Below, piece after piece: positions 27,371 through 40,841 of a DNA stretch of 64,000 bases. The position numbers and the translations under genes are program-made. Within the stretch, counting starts at the first letter, position 1. The number at the start of each line of letters is the position of its first letter. The notes under the pieces are model-generated. The model made no database searches and was not told the DNA's origin. It was given only the letters and a program-made list of their open reading frames with translations. Source of the stretch: Camelus ferus (taxonomy: Eukaryota); the NCBI RefSeq assembly GCF_009834535.1, contig NC_045696.1, positions 49,850,001 through 49,914,000 on the forward strand, in the 5' to 3' direction.

Positions 27371-28224
27371 TTCTTTTCCCCAATCCCATGGGGCAGGATT
27401 AGCTGAAGACTTTGGAGCTTTGTTGATAAAGAAACCTGCTAGATGTTACACACAGTGATTGGACAATAGAATTGGGGTCATATACATGAAACTGAATTTA
27501 TTAAAGTGTACCCCTCTCTATATTTATTTTGGCTTCATGCATCTTCAGACTAAGGCTCCACAGAACAAAGTCTGGGAGAAGGAACGTGTTGCAGAGGTGT
27601 ACCTTCCTCGTTTCTTCCCTTGCTGAGACAGAGCCATGCCTGTGTTACATAGTGTGTCCCAATGCTTCAAGGTGGCTTGCTCCGTAGCACAGTCAAAATG
27701 CAAATTCCATCAATTGTCTTGACAGTAAAGTGGTTTAATCATTGTTTAATTCAAAACTTATTCAGCTTTCTATTTTGATTTAAATTATGTATATTCTAGG
27801 CAGATAGTAGGTGGCTGATAAGTATTTGTAATAAGTAACAAATGAATGAACAAAATCTCTGGTGGAAAATTCTGTACCACATATACTGTTTGAGATACAG
27901 AACTAATTATCATGTCTGGTTGCTTTTTTATCTTTAAAAAATGTTTAAAACTTCTTACTATGGGTGATTTCAAGCACAAAAGCTAAGAGAAGAGTTTAAT
28001 GAACTCTCTCACACCCTTTGCTCAGCTTCAGTAACTGGGAGCTCCTGGCTCTCCTATTTGAGCTCTAAATACCTAAACAACCTCCCTTCCCTTCAGGATT
28101 ATTTTACAGCAAATTCTCAGGTATGTTGGTTTGCTTTTAATGACTGAAAATACTTTTACTAAGCAAGATTCTAACAAAATGAAATGCTGGGACTGACTCT
28201 TTTCTATGTGCTTTTTCGATGCAG

Positions 28225-28263
28225 CTGGGCTTCGGTCAGATTACTCTTCAACCATAGGATCTG
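28225..28263 (+). CDS. TMPRSS7: TMPRSS7 exon 6 (39-nt linker, AGLRSDYSSTIGS)
   Basis: CAG 28222-28224, donor GTAAAT. Phase 1-1, fits the recalled protein. Confidence 0.9.
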
Positions 28264-28359
28264 GTAAATTATATCATGTGGTTTCTCCCTCCTCCCATTC
28301 CCCAACTGCCTCCAAATCAGTATGCTTTCTGACTGTAGTTTTCCTGTTCAGATGACGGT

Positions 28360-28870
28360 GTGTATTAGGGCTCTTTCAGTTGCAAGTAACAGATACATAC
28401 TCAAACCAGCTTAAGCACAAAAGCAGCTTGATTGGCTCATATAACTGGGACATTCATGGAGGAGGCTGGCTGCAGGCATGGTTGGATCCAGGTTCTAAGA
28501 GATAAAATATCAGGACTCTGCATGTTTGCTTTCCTCTGTTGAGGCTTTATCAAATGGGTTTTTCCAATGTGGAGGCATAAATAGCCACCAGCAGATCCAA
28601 GCTTTGTAATTTATCAGTTTAGCAGTCATGGTGGAAAAAAAAACTCACCTGATGGTTCCTGCAGAAGTCCTGGGGCTGAGTCTCACTGTCTCAAATTGAC
28701 TGACATGCCTACTCCTGAACCCGCTTTTTTGACTCATTGGTCAGTCTGGGTTGTGTGCCCACCTCTGGACCTGGGGGTGAGTTTAACTCCAAGCAAGCCA
28801 GGTTGACAGGGTAGGAATAGTTTCTCAAAGTAAATTCTAGACGCTGTTATCAGAAGAGATGAGAGTGGAT
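28360..28870. mobile_element. MLT1-type MaLR LTR remnant
   Basis: TGTATTAGGGCTCTTTCAGTTGCAAGTAACAGA...CTCAAACCAGCTTAAGCA is typical of old MLT1 LTRs. Confidence 0.65.
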
Positions 28871-28985
28871 TCCAGGCTGGCAAAGACAGCAGATGTCCTC
28901 CCTGTGACCTCTTTGGCTCTTTTCTATAAAGATTTCTAGAAAACTCGTTCCTAAAACAAAACCAAACCAAGTGCCGTCTTCACAG

Positions 28986-29214
28986 ACAGAGGCTGCTCTC
29001 AGTACCTCTACGCAGAACATCTGTCTCTCCGCTACCCTCTGGAGATTTCTGCAACCTCAGGGAGGCTGACGTGCCACTTCAAGCTGGTGGCTACAGTGGG
29101 CCATCTGCTTCGTCTCTCCATAGAGTCTGTCCAGATTGAGGCCGACAACTGTGTCAGCGACTCCCTGACCATTTATGACTCCCTCTTGCCCCTCCGGAGC
29201 ACAGTCTTGTACAG
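28986..29214 (+). CDS. TMPRSS7: TMPRSS7 exon 7 (CUB1)
   Basis: DRGCSQYLYAEHLSLRYPLEIS...CHFKLV...EADNCVSDSLTIYDSLLPLRSTVLYR. AG/GT boundaries. Confidence 0.93.
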
Positions 29215-30498
29215 GTATCACCCAGGCACCCTGGCTGGCGAGTGAAAAGAATTTTTACAACATCTCTTTTTTGCAGTATCTGGGTTCCTTTTGGATTTTT
29301 TAAAACCATTTTTGTGTATTCTTATGAGGTCAAAATTGCCCCGTGCCCTGTTTAGCAACACAACGTTTGCTTTTCCCTTGTAGCATGCCCTAGTCAAAAT
29401 CAGTACAGTGGGAGCTTCAGCTAGTGTTTCTGATAGGTAACAGATGTTTTGTTTGTTTAAATTTACTTTTATTGCAATCACAATGAAGTCTACTATTTCA
29501 ATAGAATGTGAGAGTATGTATTCTATTATGATTGCCTAGCGTTAGTAAAACAATTACATTTTTTCCTTATTATAAACATAATACAGTGTTCATTGTGAAA
29601 GTGAGGTCAATCAGAGAAAATAATGTCGATGACTTTACATTCTCATTACCCAGGATAAATGTTACATTTTTGCATGCATTCTTTCATTCATACATATACA
29701 CAATTACACACACACACACACATATACATAGACATACCCTAGTATTTCTTTTTTACTAGTAGCTATCTTTTTATAAGTACTTAGTATTTTGATAATCTAA
29801 TAATGTCAGGCTTTATTAAGAATTTGCTCTTTTTACTCACTGTGCTAAATAGGCATATGAATTATCTTATCATTTTTAATAATGTTTATGTATGCATACA
29901 ATAGTATTTTATGTACGTATGAATTTATATTTTGGTGGTGAATGCACACATTAAAAATTCAAACCATGTCTAAAGATTTGTACTGAAAAGTTTGGTTTCT
30001 TTTAATCATTCCCAGGTGTGTTTAGTTATTATTTCATTTAATCCTCACCTCAATGTTATGAGGAGTACACTGTTTTATCACTACCATTTCATAGTTGGGA
30101 AACTGGCATTTATGAAGATTTAGTTACTTCGTTACCCAGAATCTTTCAGCCAGTTATGTGATGGAGCTGAATTTGAACCCAATTTTCCCTGGTGAAGAGC
30201 CGGTGACTTCAGCCATTCAATACCTTGTCTGTGCACCTTGTTTGTGCTCAAAGAGCGTCCTCTGACGGCCATCACAGAAAATTCTTCAGTAGTTATTGGA
30301 CAAAAATTTCTGTACCTATACCAGTGCCCCTCCATCTGTAATGCCCTGTGGTCACTTACTGAAGACCTGGCTGACAGACTCTGATTCACAAGAACTGTGC
30401 AAATGGCCCGGGAAATAGGGAGAATTCGTGGTGGATGTAGGGGTCCAGTCCTCAATGACCTATTATTTATGTCCTTTTGTTTGGTTATCTGGTTTCAG

Positions 30499-30629
30499 AA
30501 TTTGTGAACCCACAAGAACATTAATGTCATTTGTTTCTACAAATAATCTGATGTTGGTGACATTAAAGTCTCCTCAGATACGGAGGCTGTCAGGAATCCG
30601 GGCATATTTCGAGGTCATTCCAGAACAAA
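30499..30629 (+). CDS. TMPRSS7: TMPRSS7 exon 8 (CUB1)
   Basis: ICEPTRTLMSFVSTNNLMLVTLKSPQIRRLSGIRAYFEVIPEQ. Donor GTAAGT. Confidence 0.95.
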
Positions 30630-32157
30630 GTAAGTCTTCCCTAGTTGAAAAACAGTCATGAGAAACATTTGTTTTGATGGATACTTCAGTCTTACCTCTC
30701 CCGAGGCTGTGTTGTAATACTAGTTGCATTAATCAGGACCTTGATTCACGGTCCAGTAAGAAGAGAGAGATCACATTAGCTATTCTAACAGAGAGAATGT
30801 AAGATAAACAACTCTTCACTCAGTGTAAAGGTGTTAATTGGGTAACGCAAAAGGCAAAAACAAAACAAAAATGTCAAGTATTATGATGTAACACGTGTAG
30901 GAAGCAACTAACACCTGTAGGTATGAAAGAACAAAGGAAAGCGATTTAATGATTCCAACTTAGGGTATGGAGGAGGGTGTCTGTGAAATGAAACTCAGAC
31001 CTCGGAGAAGGGGGTGCTGCCCAGCTGATGTTGGTGTCTGTGTGTTCAGAGGCAGGTGTTCATGAACTGGGGACCTGGATCTTTGAGAAGAGAGTACCAG
31101 GCAGCTGAGCTGGCATCTTTGAGGGAGATGCAATAAAGCGGAAGTTGGAAAAACTGCTAGCAGGATTCACCTCTGTTGCAGGAAGGAAGAGTAGCTGCGG
31201 GGGTGGGCAGCACTGCTGGGTGACACTCCCTGGAATAAGAAATTGACAGAAGTCCCATTCTCCTGCCTCCAGGCTTCTGGTCTCCCCTTAGCACCCCCTA
31301 CTGGCAGAGCCTGTCAGGTAGGAAAGGAGAGAGGGGTTTGCAGAGTCCCAGCCCAGCCTTGCAGAATAGAGTAGAGAGGAGTGGGTTTGGAGGTGAGAGA
31401 CAATAATAGCTCAGTAACCAGCTCACAGGCTGTCTTCTGTGGGCTCTCATTTATAGAGAGAGTGCCGTCCTGGAAGGTGCTTGTGATGCAGAACCCAGAT
31501 GATGTAATGGGTTTTTCTAGTGAGCAAAAAGTGCGTTCTTCTGCGTTCTCGTTTTGACTTGGTTTGATGCAAACAGAACAGAATAAAAAGAGACTTCACT
31601 GAAACTGTCATGTTTTTGTAATATTTGTTGCCCTGGAAACTGGTCAGATCTTAGAGGTCACATTGTCCTTATGAGCATCAACAAAGCTAAAGGGATCAGA
31701 ATGAGAGATGGAAGTGAGAAGGGAAGGGAATTTGGCTTAAGTAGATGGTAAGAGCCTCAGGTTCATCTATATTTTAGGCCAGTGGCTCATTTTGATAGGT
31801 TTTCTCTATCAAATTATTACAAAACCAAATATAAAATAGATTTATTGTACAAAATTGAACTAGATATTTGAAATATTTTTAGGTCAAAACTTATCTCTAA
31901 CTCCAAAGGTTAAAAATAGAATCATATCAGAAATATTGTACTAGAATTTTTCTACTCACTCAACAAATATTTATTGAACATCTATTGTGTGCCAGAAATG
32001 ACTCTAGATGTTAGGGAAACAGCAGTAAACGAAACAGACAAAAATCAATACTGTCGGGCAGCTTATATTCTAGCAAAAAATGACTACCTCAGTAAGAATA
32101 AGCATTTAGACTGTCTTATCTAAGCAGAATAACATATTATGTAAACTGGGTATATTC

Positions 32158-32302
32158 CTTGAACAACAAATACACATTAATTTGAAGAAAATTAACTCAG
32201 AAATTTTAAAAATATGTATTTACAGTGTTTTTCTTGAACAACAAATACACATTAATTTGAAGAAAATTAACTCAGAAATTTTAAAAATATGTATTTACAG
32301 TG
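32158..32302. repeat. Direct tandem duplication, 70-bp identical copies, period 75
   Basis: CTTGAACAACAAATACAC...ATTTACAGTG at 32158-32227 and 32233-32302. Confidence 0.9.
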
Positions 32303-32641
32303 CTGCATGTCAAAAGATATGTATGATGCTGTATGTCAATTGTATCTCAGTAAAACTAGAAGAAAAAATGTATATTTAAACCATGTTTTTAAAGAAAGTA
32401 ATAGCATCCTATACATCTGTAGCCAAAATGTATAATTTGAAAACAAATAAACACTTTGTACAAGTATTTTAGCTATACAACTGTAGAGTACTATTGCTTT
32501 TTAAAACATTAGTTTGCATTTCAAAAAATATATAATCTTCTTGATTAAGGAAGTGTGCATTTATAGTTAAAGAAATGTATGCAGTGTATTTCCTATAATC
32601 TTGCGACTACAAATCATTGTGTATTATTGGATATTTTTCAG

Positions 32642-32754
32642 AATGTGAAAACACAGTGTTGGTCAAAGAAATCACTGGCTTTGAAGGGAAAATTTCAAGT
32701 CCGTATTACCCCAGCTACTATCCTCCGAAATGCAAGTGTACCTGGAAATTTCAG
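32642..32754 (+). CDS. TMPRSS7: TMPRSS7 exon 9 (CUB2)
   Basis: (K)CENTVLVKEITGFEGKISSPYYPSYYPPKCKCTWKFQ. Confidence 0.95.
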
Positions 32755-33800
32755 GTAACCTAGTTTTACCACTATCTTAGAAAAAATACTATTATCCTAT
32801 TTTTTGAATTTACTTATACTTAGTTTTTAAATTCCAAACAAAATATTAGTTAATTTTATAATATTTAAACCTTATTGAAATATATTACCTACAACATGAA
32901 ACTTTGTTGTAATTTCAACCCTCTGCCCGGATTAACTGTTTTTTCAGACTGGGGCTCATTTTTCCAGTCTATTATTTTGTTTGTATTAAAAAATGCAAAG
33001 ACATTGTGACAGGATCAGACAATTTATTTCATTATGGTAGAGCTCATTTGTTAATTTTTAATTACTACATCAGCATTATAACAAGAATAATAAAGAAATA
33101 ATAAATTGAATTCGGCAACATATATTTCAGTCGTCTAAGCAAATCAGAGAGGTAGATTTATATGAAATACACATCTCCCTCTGATGGTAGACAAGGAGTT
33201 CCTGCTTTTTGTTTGTTTGTTTTTAGAATCTCAGTCTGTAAACTATTTTTCTTTCTCTGCCTATAGTATCAAGAGGAGGGAGATACAGCAAGGAGTCAGT
33301 CACCTTGGTTCTTTCGCTATATATGTGCGAAATCATTTCTGAGAGGACACACAGGCTGTGCTCTCACAGAACATACTATAAAGTAGGGGGAGACAGGCGA
33401 TAAACAGATATACCAGTGAAATACATACAGTGTGTTCCATGATGGTGCAACGCTATGGAGAAGAATAAAGTAGGGGAGGGGACCTCTCAGTTTGCATCTA
33501 TTTTTTTTACATGGGAAGAAATAACCAGATGACCAGAGTGGAAAAAATGTGATACATGTTCTCATGAGCCTTCTGAGTCTTATGGTGAACAAAAGATAGT
33601 CCCGATCCTTTTGAGTTCCCAACATTGGTCTCTAAACAGCACTGAGGAAGGGAGGCCTTCAGAGAAATGCAAGACTGGTTTAAGTCTCTGGTCAGCGTTT
33701 CCTCACCTTGGGAAAGTTGCTTCTCTTTGGTTAGTCTTGGTTTCTTCTTATATAAGTTGGGAATCATACTACCTGCCTAACCGTGCTGTTGTGATATTTA

Positions 33801-33930
33801 TTTTTTTATTGAGGGGGGAGGTAATAAGGTTTATTTATTTATTTATTTTTAGAGGAAGTGCTGGGGATTGAATCCAGGACCTCTTGCATGCTAAGCATGC
33901 ACTCTACCACTTGAGCTATTCCCTTTCCCC
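33801..33930 (-). mobile_element. tRNA-derived SINE, camelid vic-1-like
   Basis: Minus strand GGGAATAGCTCAAGTGGTAGAGTGCATGCTTAGCATGCAAGAGGTCCTGGATTCAATCCCCAGCAC with A/B boxes and (TAAA)n tail. Degenerate TSD TGTTGTGATATTT / TGTCGTGGTGTTT. Confidence 0.8.
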
Positions 33931-35431
33931 TGTCGTGGTGTTTCAATGTGAGTCACTGTACCCAATCCATCCCCTCTCAAAGGTAGGTTAAGGGGAGGGG
34001 CTACCCCAAACACACATTAGAAAGAAGCACACAGCACAACAAAGAAATTATAATACAAAATATGACAACATAACTGAAAAGCCAAATGTCTATCAGAACA
34101 ATAGAAGACAACGTGCAAAATTCATCTATTGAAGGAAAAAGACAGTAGGATTGAATCACAAAGTATTGCCTAAAACTTAACTGTATGTTGTTTTCAAAAG
34201 ACAAAATGAATTTAAAAAGTGATTTAATAAGGCTGAAAATAAAAGAATGGACAATATCATGCCAGGCAAATGTAAACAGTAAGAAAGCAGGGATCGCAAA
34301 CTTAATGCCAGGCAGAGCTGAAATCAGAGCATTCAGTGAGAAAAGGAAGGCAATCTACGGTGATAAAGAGGCCGATGAACATAAGGATCTAATTATGACA
34401 ATTACTCACCAAAGCACAGAGAACTAACACTCATAAAACCTGTAAGACAGACAAAGAGAAAAGGAGAGTGCTTTGATAAGAGATTTTCCTTTCTCTTGGC
34501 TCATGACAGAGACAGTTGGGGACAATAAATAAGGCAAGGGAGACTATTAAACCATACAAATGATGAATTTGGTAATACATGTAAACAGAAACCACCCTTT
34601 AAAAAATTACATTGGAGCATTTATAAATTTGATCACAACAAAATCCTTAATAAATTAAGAAATCAAAAGCTATACTGTAATAAGTAATCTCTTCTCTAAG
34701 ATAGAATTTTAAAATTTGAAAATAGACAAACCAAAATTCTACTCCCTAGAAATGTAAGAACTCTCTTAAATAATTCCTGGGCTAAAGTGAAAATTAAAGC
34801 TAAAACTGTGGCATGTTGGTCGTGATGTATGTGCTTATCAAACAATGACATAACAAGGTCAGTTGCATTGTGTGTGTGTGTGTGTGGTCACTTGTGCATG
34901 CTTCAAATAAGCAGCCACTTCTCTTGTTTGATCTATCTCTTCGGAGAAGACATAGGAATGACTCAGTGACTGCCTTCCAGAACACACAGGCTTAATATGA
35001 AGAGGATGCTGATTCATCCCTCTGCCTAAAGAATCAGAACAGTGCCTTAAATAAACTACACCATTATTGTCATTGGAGGAGGAAAGTGTGTACACTCATT
35101 AGTAAGTGGGTGTTCTCAAAGTTAAGCTCATTTACTAGGAGGAAACTGAAACCTAGAGGTGATCTAATGTGTCCCACGTCACCCAGCTCATCACACTGGG
35201 GCTCACAGCTATTCCCTGAGCACTGGGAGGCTCACTTTTTCTCTGCCTGCTCTTCTTCTCAGGTCAGTTTGTTCAGGAGAACTGGTCTACCCCATCAAAG
35301 GCCACAGGGCACAAGGAATAAAACACCCTTAAAACAGCAAGCTTGGGGAATGAGCTCTGGGTAATAAAATCTTAGTCTGAAACATATTCTTCAGCTGAAT
35401 CATTTTTCTGACTTCTGCTCGTTGTTCACAG

Positions 35432-35538
35432 ACTCCCCTATCAACTCTCGGCGTAGCACTGAAATTCCATAACTATTCAATAGCCAAGAAGAGTGTGAAA
35501 GGCTGTGACCATGGATGGTGGGAAATTAATGAGCACAT
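35432..35538 (+). CDS. TMPRSS7: TMPRSS7 exon 10 (CUB2)
   Basis: TPLSTLGVALKFHNYSIAKKSVKGCDHGWWEINEH(M). Confidence 0.95.
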
Positions 35539-38500
35539 GTAAGTGGTTTCCATGAGTGAAGAATCCAATGACAAGCCTTGCCCAGAAGTTCAAAGCCCTG
35601 AATTCCTGTCCCCTAAAGAGTTTGCACTTAACAGACCTGGGAAACTGAGGAATATGGGAATTAAATAACTTGCTCGAGGTCGCTCAGCACCTAAGTGTCT
35701 AAGCCGGGATTCAAGTCTGTATGGCCCCAAGTTCTATCACTGCTCTTTGTTGCTGGGCTATGGATGGAGTATGTATGGGCTGTGGCACTCTATCCTGTGC
35801 AGACGTAACTGGCAGATAAGCCACTGCACCCATGGAGGGAAACAGAGTACAGGTCCTGGTGATGACAAAGGTTAGAAACCATTAGCTGGTTCCGTGCAGC
35901 AGGAGAGGCCCGTTCGTCCTGGCTGTATCCTGAGGCGGGGACAGGGGTTGAGGCGGACCAGAAAGCAGCTGAGAGACACCTAATTGCCCAGGCTTCCTGA
36001 CATGACCCAGTAGGTCCTCACTCTCACCCTTAATTCGTCCTTTGATTGTAGTTATTGTTTATTTGCTTCTAAAGTTATAATAGGTCTTTTATTTTTAAAA
36101 ATACAGGAATGCTCCGTCTTTGCAGAACAGCTTCTCAGTTACTTCAAGGATCCCTGTGAAGTTGGCCTGAGGGATCAATCTGCTAATTCTTTGCTCATTG
36201 CTATTCCATGAATGAAACCTTCTCTTTCTAAATGATCTTCCTGAACAATCTTCTTTCATTTCCTTTAGACTCTTACACGACTTGCCAAATAGTCACTGAT
36301 CCTGTCTTCATTGGAATGGATTCTAGCCTGATTTAAAGGCATCCTCGGATCCATTATCAAGATGTGGCCTGTACTCCTTTTGGGAGTATTTTTTGAATCA
36401 AGGGTCTATTGCGTAGACCTAGGTTCAAATTGCAGCCCTGTTATTTGGTAGCTACATTAACTAGAACAAATTAATTAACCACTTTAATTGTCAGTCTGTA
36501 AAATGAGGTAATAAGGTGAGGATTTTTTGTTAAGTATTCAATGAAATGATGCTTACCACACACCAAAAACTGTATTAATACGATTAATAAAATTGCTTTG
36601 GAAATGATATTGAACGCATAAATACTATGGAATGTACCCAGGGCTTTAAAGATACTGCATTTTGATTTTGGTATTTAATTAGAGGTCCAGAAAACAAATC
36701 TTTGCAGCTCTTTTGTAAACTTGTGTGCTTAAAACAGAGCAGTGCTTTGAAATGAGATTTTATTTTTTTTCCGCTAAGTAACAACCCTGACCACCCACTA
36801 TGTAGTGCTAGAGTTCCTCCCACAAATACCAGGAAAGCTCTCTGCCCTAAATACTTTCCCTGAAGGGCCAGCTCTTCACTTGTGGGTTGGCTGAAATCCT
36901 ATCAGATTCTTTTGACACTAGTTGTACCCTTGGGATTTAAAATGCCAGCCCTTCCTATTATCAGTCCTTTCCATCAGAAAGGCTCTAATTGAACGAATTT
37001 GGGACACCTTGCTGGTAAGTTAGCACTGGGTCTGTGCTGGGGAGGGAAGAAGTAATGCCAACACCGGGAAGCCTAGTGATCCTGAATTCAGAGAACAAGG
37101 CGGGGGTGGGGGAGGGGTGTGACTGCTCAGGGCAGCCGAAATGCAGTATATAAACCTGCAGAATTGAACAGCCTTCCAGCGAAGCTTGTGTACAGCAGAG
37201 TTCCTCAGGGGAAGGCTGTTGGTGCGCTAGGAAGTGCTCAGATTTAGTATCAGGTGGACTGTGTCTCCATCCTGCCTTTCTACTCAGTTGCTATTTGAAC
37301 TTTAACAAATTACTTCACCTCTTTCCACCTCAGTTTTCTTGCCTATCACGTGCCTGTCCATGTAAATTAGCTCTCACTGGGTTTCTCCAGTCTTTCACTT
37401 TATTTTACTTTTGTTCCATAAACTACCACTATGCCCCATTACATACGCCTTGTAGACTCCGGTCCATGCATAGTTTCAACTATCCCTTTCCTCCTGACTC
37501 CTCCTTAACATCCAAGTGAGGCTCTTCTTTGCAAGAAAACGCTAGTAAATGTTTATGGAGAGCATGAATAAAATCACTATGAGACAGATAGCAATCATCA
37601 TGTTTTCAGAATGCAGGACTCTGATCCCAGGATGACCAACTAGAGTAGACTCTGGCCCCCCAAATCTTGACTCACCTTTCAGGTGCCTCTCATATCCTGG
37701 CTCCCACTTAGCCTAGCAGTCACCTGCAGCTGCTGCCTCTTCCTGGTATCCCACCCATCAGGTCCTGAACTTCAGCCAATTCCAAAGAGTCTTCCTGAAA
37801 TATACACGAATGTTTTAAACCGTAAAACCATAGGTTCCTCCTGTACTCCTCCCACTATATGCCAGTGTCTGATCCATGGAACATGTGTGGTTCCTAAATG
37901 CCTTGAGGGTTTGGCGTGACTGTCATTCACAGATCTCAGGGGAGGACGTCCCCCCTCAAGCTTTCTGTCTGCTGTTTCCCTTTAAGAACTTGCATGTTTC
38001 ACCAGGGAAGAGCTTCGCCCACAAAGGGCAGGAGCCTAACTTGCCATGGGCCCCCCGGGTAATAATACTACATGTCCCAGTAACCACAGTGCTCACATTA
38101 GAATTACTACTAGGAGAGACATTTTCTCTTAGGTGATGAGAAGTAAGAAAAATCAAGGTAGGGGAGCATTGTAGATAGACATCACTACTTTGAAATTTTG
38201 TCAAGGACAATCCCTGAACTGCACATCAGACTTGAATTTAGATTGAAATATTGTTGTCTTTGGCTGTAAGTGTTGCTGGGATTCTTTGCATATTTTTAGT
38301 CTGGGTTCGTGGATTCCACTCTGCCCTAGAGGTTTGTGGCCAAAGCAGTCAATGCTTTTTGTTAGGCAGTTATTTATGCCTAAAGAAGAGAGGACTAGGA
38401 GCATTAAACCCATATCTCTTCTGTATTGTGGGAAAGCAACATGATAGCTGATAGTACTGCCATTGTTTTCTTTAGCAGAGGAGAAAATCACGGGGACAGA

Positions 38501-38664
38501 AGTGACTCAGAGGCACTTAGCATAGAACGGATAGCTACCGTCAGCTCCACCATAAGCATCTCCGTTCACGAAGCTCAAATGACCAAAGTATCAGTGAGCT
38601 CACTGTCAACAGGAGTGTGGTTGATGGACCCTCATGCTGTGTGTCTCTGACCCTCGCTCCTCAG

Positions 38665-38801
38665 GTACTGTGGCTCCTACATGGATCACCAGACCATCTT
38701 CCGAGTGCCCAGCCCCCTCGTTCACGTGCAGCTTCAGTGCAGTTCAAGGCTCTCGGACAAGCCCCTCTTGGTGGAATACGGCAGTTACAACATCAGTCAA
38801 C
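38665..38801 (+). CDS. TMPRSS7: TMPRSS7 exon 11 (CUB2)
   Basis: YCGSYMDHQTIFRVPSPLVHVQLQCSSRLSDKPLLVEYGSYNISQ. Confidence 0.95.
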
Positions 38802-39450
38802 GTAAGCCGGGGATCAGCTCCTTAGAACACCTTCATGAAGGGGTTAAGCAGAGGCCACCCCTTTACAACTCTAAACTTTGAGAATTTAAGGGATATTTTT
38901 ATAGGAATATATAAATAAATATGTAATGTAAACAAAATAGATGATAAATAATACATACAATTATGTGTTTATTCTGCTGAAGTTTAAATTATAGAAGAAG
39001 TAACACAGTTGTTACAAATGAAAAATAGTTCCTTACATCATTCCTGAAATAGAGGGCAAGCTCATTTCTTGATTTGTTGTTCTTGCTAGCCACGATTCTT
39101 GGTAGATGGGAGGTATACACAAAGACTTGGTGGATCCGAAGGCAACAGTTTCAACTCACTGTGGCCTCTGATGTGTAGGGAGAGCTGGTCGCTCAAGGAG
39201 AGCCCAAATACCAGCCCTCAGAATGTTGAACTTCACACTGAGAACCGCTGGCAAGGGGGCAGGAAGCAGTCAGCGGAAATGGCAACGTCTGAGGGACGGC
39301 ATTAGTGCTGGAGGGAGTAGATACTGACTCAGGAAATCCTCAACCCATTTTAAAAGGGGAAAAGTAAGGGTTAGCCACTTAGGTAACTATGAGGATAAGG
39401 CTTTTTAGACCCTTCCTTCTTTGCCAATCCGAATATACCTGCTTCTGGAT

Positions 39451-39509
39451 TCAGAATATTACACTTCTGAATATCAGAATATTACACTTCTGAATATCAG
39501 AATATTACA
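39451..39509. repeat. 23-bp tandem repeat, ~2.6 copies
   Basis: Unit TCAGAATATTACACTTCTGAATA. Confidence 0.85.
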
Positions 39510-39659
39510 ATTTCCAGCAAGGATCCAGCTATATAGTAAGCCATCTTATTTTTAACTGTTTTTGCAAACCAGGAATATTTCCTAGGGACTCACGCTTTCC
39601 ATCGTGTGCAGTTGCAATGGTGGTTGATCTGATCATGCACTCTCCCTAATCTTTTGCAC

Positions 39660-39990
39660 AAAGCACAGACAATGTCACTTATAAAGAACAGAAATTTCTT
39701 TCTCACAGCTCTGGAGGCTGGAAGTCTAAGATAACGGTGCCAGCCTGGTTGGGTGAGGGCCCCTTCTGGATCTCAGACTTTCCGTTTTGTCCCCACATGG
39801 TGGGAGGAGCAAGGGAGTGCTGTGGGGCCCCCTTTACAAAGGCACTAATCCCATTCGTGCGGGAGCTGCCTTCGTAACTTCTGTAAAACCTCCGTAAAAC
39901 CCCACCTCCTCAAACCATCATCACGTTAGGCATTAGGATTTCAACACCTGAAATGGGTGGTGGGAGGTGGACACAAAATTCAGACTGTGG
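39660..39990. mobile_element. MLT1-type MaLR LTR
   Basis: ACAGAAATTTCTTTCTCACAGCTCTGGAGGCTGGAAGTCTAAGAT...GGCACTAATCCCATTC...TAGGATTTCAACA is a typical MLT1 body. Confidence 0.75.
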
Positions 39991-40733
39991 CAGAGAGCAA
40001 GGATTGATTACTTTCCTCATGTTTGGCTGTAAGCCCAGGAATAATGATTCTGGACCAGGCAGGGAATGGATCTTCAATGAGTAGCCTAGTTGAAGTGCAC
40101 TGGGAGGTAGGAAGCAGGAGCCCCAGTTCTGAGGCCAGTCACTAATGTCCTTAGGTCCACTTTCTAAGGTCGGTGGTTACTACTACATTTTGGGACAAAG
40201 ATCACTTGAAAATGTAAGTAAAGGCACAGACTCCTCAGAATAATGCATCTGATCATAGAGGATTCAGAGACACCAGAAGACCATTTGTAATTCCCTGGGG
40301 AGTCTGAAGACAACACACTGGGCATGCTGGACTTGAACGTATCATCCAGCTTTCTCTTTCTTCAAGTCTGTGATAAAGTCAAGTTGAGGAGTCAAGGATG
40401 GAGGTAGTAGGAATTAGATTGTACATGTGACCTGGATGAAGTGTCGACCCAGAACTCCTGCAGGATTAGTTTGCTTTCTTTGCTCTCTTAAATTCTCCAT
40501 TTTGGTCTTTCAGTGACCTTGCTTATTATTTCAATTTTTTAACTCAATTTTTATATTTATTTAATTTATATGTTTCAATGACCTTTCAATAGTCTCCTCT
40601 GAGGGAGAAATTGTATATTTACTACTGGTGCATTGCCACCGCTTAGCCATTTAACACTTCATACTTCTTTGTTAATGTGGTCTGGTGCCTTTTAGGGACC
40701 CACACAACATTTCCTGTTTTTTATTATCTCTAG

Positions 40734-40841
40734 CCTGTCCTGTTGGATCTTTTAGATGCTCCTCCGGTTTGTGTGTCCCTCAAGCCCAGCGCTGTGATGG
40801 CGTAAATGACTGCTTTGATGAGAGCGATGAACTTTTCTGTG
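40734..40841 (+). CDS. TMPRSS7: TMPRSS7 exon 12 (LDLa 1)
   Basis: (P)CPVGSFRCSSGLCVPQAQRCDGVNDCFDESDELFC. Confidence 0.95.

Noticed and set aside
33858..33925. tRNA-like sequence
   Set aside because: It has a SINE tail and TSD, so it is a SINE head rather than a tRNA gene.
39451..39509. Short repeat array with internal quasi-palindrome
   Set aside because: Simple slippage duplication with no spacers; not CRISPR-like, and this is mammalian DNA.
40027..40039. GCTGTAAGCCCAG resembling a stretch of the recalled CD200 IgV exon
   Set aside because: Wrong strand, and the similarity does not extend; chance match.
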